The translations under genes were made by a program, and so were the position numbers. From assembly GCA_043797125.1 (NCBI GenBank), contig JAZDPX010000033.1, positions 98,527-162,526 of the forward strand: DNA of 64,000 nt, in the 5' to 3' direction. Shown here one piece after another: positions 59,161 through 64,000 of this stretch. The stretch's first letter is position 1, and every line of letters begins with the position of its first letter. The stretch is from Candidatus Omnitrophota bacterium (GTDB taxonomy: Bacteria; Omnitrophota; Gorgyraeia; JABMRG01; JAFGKX01). The notes below the pieces were generated by a model. The model made no database searches, was not told the origin of the DNA, and was given only the letters and a program-made list of their open reading frames with translations.

Positions 59161-62100
59161 CTACGCCGCCTGCGCTATCGCGGCGGCTTTCTTGTTGCCG
59201 TTTACAAGGTCATATACATTTATAACATAGCTATTTTTGTTTTTGCCGTTGCTTTTACCGTTATATGCGCCTACAAGTTCCTGTATAAACACGCATAACT
59301 CACTTTCAATATCAACGTTTTTAACAAACACCTCAAAGTCATCTTCACTTAAGGCTGTCTTTTTTAGTTCTTCTGCCAGAAGTTCTTCCATTGTATTTTC
59401 ACCTAAGCGAATGGTTTCCCTTGTAACATCGTAATCCTCGCCAATCTCTTGTAAGGTTTCGGTCTCGCCTACTCCAAGCATTGGCAGGATTCTTTTTATA
59501 AAGGTTGTCACCATTCTGTTAAATTTATGCACATTATATTCTCTCCACTTTTTGAATAATTTTTCTGCAACTATTCCTATGGCTTCAAATATTTTATCTT
59601 GAATTAGGGCGAGGTCTTCTATTTTATCATCCGCAATAGTGCTCTCAATTGTGTAGCCTTCATCTTCATTGCCTAAAGGCGTGCTCAGTAAAACGGTTGA
59701 GTATTTCATATAATTTATTACATTAGTTACTTTTGTTTCACTCATATCAATCGCGCTGGCTATTTCCGGAATAGTCAGTTTCCCGGATATAGGGTTAATA
59801 TCTTTCACCTGGCATCTTCTTTTAAATTCCTTAATCTGATTATATATATATGAGGATATTTTTGTATCGTTAAGATAGAATCCTATCTGGCTATCAATAA
59901 TTTGTTTAATTATCTTAACAGCAAATGTGGAAAATCTATAACCTTTTTGCGGTTTAAACTCTTTGGCTGCTTTCATAAGGCCGTCGTGAGCAGGGCCCAA
60001 TAATTCTTCCAAAGGTAAGTTATATGACCAAGCATAGCTTTTTGCAATGCTATATTCAAGCCTTAGGTTTGACTCAACAAGCTTATTTCTTGCTGCGGTA
60101 TCGCCGATCTGCGCAAGCACTCCATATTTAATTTCACCCAAGGGGGTTAACATAGAAAAATCGTACATCCTAGCAAGGTGCTGGGCAACAGGATCTGGTA
60201 TTTCTTTTGATTGTTTTTTTGGCAAGCTTTTGCCATTAGGAATAAACGCGTGCTTTTCGGGTATGGATTCAAAGAATTTTTTACCCTCTTTTCTAAGTTT
60301 ATCCTGATACCTGCCTTCATAGCTTACAAATTTGCAGACGGCTTTAGCCAAAGTTAGCACTTTATCTTCTTCTTCTTTATATTCTTCTGGTAATTCGTTA
60401 ATGATACATAAAATAGCTGTATTTAAATATATTTGGCTTTCATGCTCACTATTAAAATCCAGAATATCTATAAGCTGTTCAATTAACGCCGTCGTCTGTT
60501 CAGGAGACAATTGCATTAATTGCCTAAAATTAGTTAATACCTTATTTTTATCTTCATCAGCTTTTTTGCCTCTATATATTGCATCCGCCAAAAGCACTAA
60601 ATAGAAATCGACTCCGCGATCTTTGAATGGCAAAGTTTTATTTTCTAAAAACTGCAATCTATCTTTTTTGAGCCTATCTGCCGTATTTAGAAGTGTCGTT
60701 ACTGTAATTTTTTCCTGCTTATGCGCGGGGCGAGATCTTTTCTTGTGTCTTTGCGCTGTATGTTGCAAAATATCAATTGCTGGCTCCAGAATGCCTCTCT
60801 CCAAAAGTTCTTGCGCAAACTTAACGGTAAACTGGCTTATGGGTATTAATTTTTTAAAATAGGCATTTCTTATTAAAGTAATTTTCGGCCTTGACTTTTT
60901 ATTTTTTGAATATTTCCCGGCATCATAAACATAAACTTTCCAGCCGTGTTTAACATCTTCTACGGGAACAAATGCCGGTTTTTTGCCTGCTAATGATTTT
61001 AGGCCTCGCACTTCCAGCCATCTATTTCTATATGCCAGTTTTATAATGCCGTTTTTGGGAACAACATAAGGATGATAATATTCCCTGGGGGCCACTGGGC
61101 CACCATAAATATCTTTATTGCATAAAACATAATCTAAAAATGCTATTTTTGAAAAATCAATAGGCATATGCATTGGAAAATTATCGAGGTAATAATGCCT
61201 TGCAACCACGACTTTCTCTTTCCCTGTTTTATACCATATCTCTTCATAAGGCCCATAGGATGGGTCGTTTTCAACTGTTCCTAAGGCTTTTTGCGGCATC
61301 TTTTTGTCTTTGAATATTCCCTTGGCAATAGGGTACAAAGCAAAATCAAAACTATCTTTTCTTCTCATATCCGACATAGTCTTGGAAGCCTCATACCGGA
61401 CGGTGCCGTCTTTTTCTGTTACGCGCCTTACAGTTAATTCTAATATTCTATCCTTCACTGGTTTAATATCGTACCTGCCGTTGTAGCAATCGATGGCATC
61501 TAAAAAAGCCAGGTCAACCTGCCTGCATTTTGTTAGTTTGATGCCAGGGCCGCAATGTCTGATTTTTCTTAACATGCTTTTATAAGTTGCTAAGGGTTTC
61601 GGTGAAGTGGATTTTTCATATTCTGATTCAAGATAAATATTAATAACCTGCCTTTGGTTTATATCTTTCTCGACTTTTATGATAGCGGGTTCATTAAGCA
61701 GCGCGCCTTCCCCCATGCGGTCTTTCTTTATAAAAAATGATATTGCGTCATCGCGCCGGTATTCGTTTATAAAAGGAACGACACAAACGCCGCATCCCTC
61801 TCCGCCGTCTTTAATTGTCGTTTTATAAATTCTACCGCACTCTTGCAACTCTATTCCCTTGTGCGCTTTTAAAATATCGTGTTTTGCAAGATTAATCTGC
61901 ATAGTTTTCGAGCGCAATGTTTTCCATTTATCTTTTCCCTCAATAGGGCTAATATCTTTAAAATGCTTATATGTTACTAATGGCTTGGGATTTTTCTTAG
62001 CATAATAATCGTCTTTAAGATAAATATTTATTACCTGGCCGTGGTTTTTATCGTTCTCAACCACGACAGCCACATCTTTATATAAAAGATTTGCATTTTT

Positions 62101-62748
62101 AAATTTCTTTGGAGGTATATTGAAGGTGGTGGGTGGGTATGGATTATAGCCGTGCCTGTGGCAACTAACCTGTATAATGCCTCCTTTTAATATTTTTGTT
62201 ATATATGGCCTTGCTAATGTTTCTATTTCCCGCAGACCGTAGGTTGCGGCTAAAACATCCATAGACGGCAAATTAACCTGTACGGCTTTTCCCTTTTCAG
62301 CGTAAAATTTATATGTACAAAACGGCTGCTCGATATATTCTTTATTATAATCATCTAAATAATAAAAATTTAGTAACAGGCCATTATTTACCTCATCTGG
62401 CAAGCTGTGGTTTGGATCGTATTCCCCCAAAAAAACTATATTCGCATTCTTTGCTTTTTCGCCTTCTGAAGTAAAGGAAAAATATGCTATCACACCATTG
62501 CTTGTAAGCGTTTTTTGTGCTTGGCTATCAGAGGCAGTAATTAATTTATCACCCTCTCTTAAGCTTAAGCCTGTATTCTTGTAATCCACAATCCTAGCTT
62601 TTACCTCATCGTAAGAGCTTCCGCTTATACACACGAGCGGTGTTTCTTTAGAGTTAACACTTGCTATTGGCCGTAAGGCATAACTCTGGCATGGATTTGC
62701 CGTGGCAGCAATACTAAATACTAATATAATCGAAATTATTCTCTTCAT
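59161..62748 (-). CDS. 1195-aa signal-peptide protein with N-terminal ~125-aa repeats and a C-terminal sigma70 (regions 1.2-4) domain
   Basis: MKRIISIILVFSIAATANPCQSYALRP; DPVAQHL (1.2), ARNKLVESNLRL...GLMKAAKEF...GYRFST (2), TIPEIA...LSTPLG (3), TLQEIGEDYDVTRETIR (4.2). Confidence 0.88.
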   Translation of the reverse strand: MKRIISIILVFSIAATANPCQSYALRPIASVNSKETPLVCISGSSYDEVKARIVDYKNTGLSLREGDKLITASDSQAQKTLTSNGVIAYFSFTSEGEKAKNANIVFLGEYDPNHSLPDEVNNGLLLNFYYLDDYNKEYIEQPFCTYKFYAEKGKAVQVNLPSMDVLAATYGLREIETLARPYITKILKGGIIQVSCHRHGYNPYPPTTFNIPPKKFKNANLLYKDVAVVVENDKNHGQVINIYLKDDYYAKKNPKPLVTYKHFKDISPIEGKDKWKTLRSKTMQINLAKHDILKAHKGIELQECGRIYKTTIKDGGEGCGVCVVPFINEYRRDDAISFFIKKDRMGEGALLNEPAIIKVEKDINQRQVINIYLESEYEKSTSPKPLATYKSMLRKIRHCGPGIKLTKCRQVDLAFLDAIDCYNGRYDIKPVKDRILELTVRRVTEKDGTVRYEASKTMSDMRRKDSFDFALYPIAKGIFKDKKMPQKALGTVENDPSYGPYEEIWYKTGKEKVVVARHYYLDNFPMHMPIDFSKIAFLDYVLCNKDIYGGPVAPREYYHPYVVPKNGIIKLAYRNRWLEVRGLKSLAGKKPAFVPVEDVKHGWKVYVYDAGKYSKNKKSRPKITLIRNAYFKKLIPISQFTVKFAQELLERGILEPAIDILQHTAQRHKKRSRPAHKQEKITVTTLLNTADRLKKDRLQFLENKTLPFKDRGVDFYLVLLADAIYRGKKADEDKNKVLTNFRQLMQLSPEQTTALIEQLIDILDFNSEHESQIYLNTAILCIINELPEEYKEEEDKVLTLAKAVCKFVSYEGRYQDKLRKEGKKFFESIPEKHAFIPNGKSLPKKQSKEIPDPVAQHLARMYDFSMLTPLGEIKYGVLAQIGDTAARNKLVESNLRLEYSIAKSYAWSYNLPLEELLGPAHDGLMKAAKEFKPQKGYRFSTFAVKIIKQIIDSQIGFYLNDTKISSYIYNQIKEFKRRCQVKDINPISGKLTIPEIASAIDMSETKVTNVINYMKYSTVLLSTPLGNEDEGYTIESTIADDKIEDLALIQDKIFEAIGIVAEKLFKKWREYNVHKFNRMVTTFIKRILPMLGVGETETLQEIGEDYDVTRETIRLGENTMEELLAEELKKTALSEDDFEVFVKNVDIESELCVFIQELVGAYNGKSNGKNKNSYVINVYDLVNGNKKAAAIAQAA

Positions 62749-62807
62749 TATTTTAATAAAATATTCTAATTTTATCTACTTTATATGATAGTTATAAAAG
62801 GTATTAT

Positions 62808-62836
62808 ATTATAGCAGGTGTTTTCACTTAAGTCAA
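62808..62836 (-). promoter_or_regulatory. Near-consensus sigma70 promoter upstream of the exported-sigma gene
   Basis: TTGACT-17 nt-TATAAT with TG extension. Confidence 0.7.
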
Positions 62837-62868
62837 GGGATAATATTAGAGATTGCTGAAATACTGCT

Positions 62869-63047
62869 GTAGGGGTTCGATTTATCGAACCCTTTATAAG
62901 GCGCCATAAATGGCGCCCCTACATTAGATAAACCTGTGCCCCTGAAAAGGGGCATTAAGCCCCTGCATTTTGGCGCAAAATACGAATATCGTAGTTGCCC
63001 AATTTATTGGGCCACCGGGGTTTTAGCCCGATGAATCGGGCAACTAC
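62869..63047. repeat. Two REPIN-like inverted pairs of GTAG REP palindromes plus a middle hairpin
   Basis: GTAGGGGTTCGATTTATCGAACCC / GGCGCCATAAATGGCGCCCCTAC (62869-62922); GTAGTTGCCCAATTTATTGGGC / GCCCGATGAATCGGGCAACTAC (62991-63047). Confidence 0.8.
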
Positions 63048-63063
63048 ATGTTCGAGTAAAGCT

Positions 63064-64000
63064 TTAGAATTTATGGAATACTACGCCCGTAAAGGGCTTG
63101 GGGAAAAAATAGGTGGACTTGTGCGGCATGTTATTGCCTGATGTGGCAACTTTTTCAACTTCTTTTATCCTGGTGGGATTCAGGAATATCGCCATTTTAA
63201 ATTCATCGCTTTTTACGACTCTTATGGCCTCTGTCTTTCCCCTGTAATAATATATGTTGCGCATTCCGCGCACTTTCTCTTTTATATTAAGCAGTTGCGG
63301 AAGGATAAAATGGTGCAATATGCTGACATCTAATTTCTTCCAGCTTATGCTGTTATCGGCAGAGCCGATATTTTTAATAATATTTTCATCTTTTAGCAAT
63401 GCGAATACGAAACTATCGTCGTAAAAAAAGCCAAACGCGTGCCTTTTTTGCCTGTCCGCTGTCTCTAATTTTTTAATCAGGTCTTCTTTACTATTTACCA
63501 TGCTTACATAAAAATGCCTTGACAGCTTTTTTAGCATAGAATCTTTAGAATAATTAGCTGGCAGAAACTTGATTGCCCTGTGCGTAGGAAGTATCGCAAG
63601 ACCCTTATCTTTCATGCTTAAAAAATAAACCATAGCGTAGTCGTAAGGCATTTTGCATGTTGTATTTTTTTGTCTTCTGGACAGATGATCCCTTAATGCA
63701 ACGCACGCGTTAAAACGATGATGCCCGTCAGCTATGAATATTTTTTCATTCTGCATAATATTCTGCAGCTTATTTATAATCTCAACATCGGAAATCTTCC
63801 AAAGCTCCTTTTTCACCCCATCCGCGCTAAACTCAACATCAGGCTTTTGTTTTCTCATAACAGATATGAGCATATCTTCAACTTTTGCGGCGTCGTCTTT
63901 AAAAACAGTAAATATGGGGCTTAAATGCGCCTGTGTTGTAAGCATGAGATTAAATCTTTCAACTTTGAACTTTTTAAATATTTTTTCGTGAGGCAGGGCT
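63064..64000 (-). CDS. DUF1015 family protein (5' end outside the window)
   Basis: IFIADGHHR, ILPTHR, LDVSILH, MPHKSTYFFPKP. Confidence 0.85.
   Translation of the reverse strand, partial: ALPHEKIFKKFKVERFNLMLTTQAHLSPIFTVFKDDAAKVEDMLISVMRKQKPDVEFSADGVKKELWKISDVEIINKLQNIMQNEKIFIADGHHRFNACVALRDHLSRRQKNTTCKMPYDYAMVYFLSMKDKGLAILPTHRAIKFLPANYSKDSMLKKLSRHFYVSMVNSKEDLIKKLETADRQKRHAFGFFYDDSFVFALLKDENIIKNIGSADNSISWKKLDVSILHHFILPQLLNIKEKVRGMRNIYYYRGKTEAIRVVKSDEFKMAIFLNPTRIKEVEKVATSGNNMPHKSTYFFPKPFTGVVFHKF

Noticed and set aside
59161-62748. Ordinary housekeeping rpoD
   Set aside because: Signal peptide, ~850 unrelated N-terminal residues, lost melting residues, and no dnaG context

Overview
Bacterial window, roughly 40% GC by eye, with almost every gene on the minus strand. 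Gene style and the 'ALRP...AA' exported proteins suggest Candidatus Omnitrophota or a relative (inference only). About 0.1-47 kb is a very large surface-glycan (O-antigen/LPS-type) locus. It contains an SxtI/J/K-like carbamoyltransferase trio, a WaaL-like ligase, a GT2-phosphoglycosyltransferase fusion, GT2/GT4/GT-C glycosyltransferases, two B12 radical-SAM enzymes, methyltransferases, three AsnB-like amidotransferases (one with an in-frame TGA), Wzm/Wzt, and nucleotide-sugar pathways (UDP-GlcNAc3NAcA, dTDP-rhamnose, UDP-GlcA/xylose). A LAGLIDADG homing endonuclease sits between rmlC and an rmlA that is disrupted by a small palindromic scar. 47-55.7 kb is an LptD/ROK/2xGGDEF/MalK/AccD/corrinoid-protein block. 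Two things stand out. (1) Two tandem signal-peptide proteins share an N-terminal 'LRP' motif and a C-terminal Ala-Ala; one carries a complete but degenerate sigma70 domain, i.e. an apparently exported sigma factor. (2) A family of 7-8 bp tandem arrays flanks a four-helix-bundle (Avd/IVP-like) gene in inverted orientation, occurs as gene-less 'empty' head-to-head pairs, follows stop codons, and is inserted in-frame in enzymes. No rRNA, tRNA or CRISPR array was recognised.
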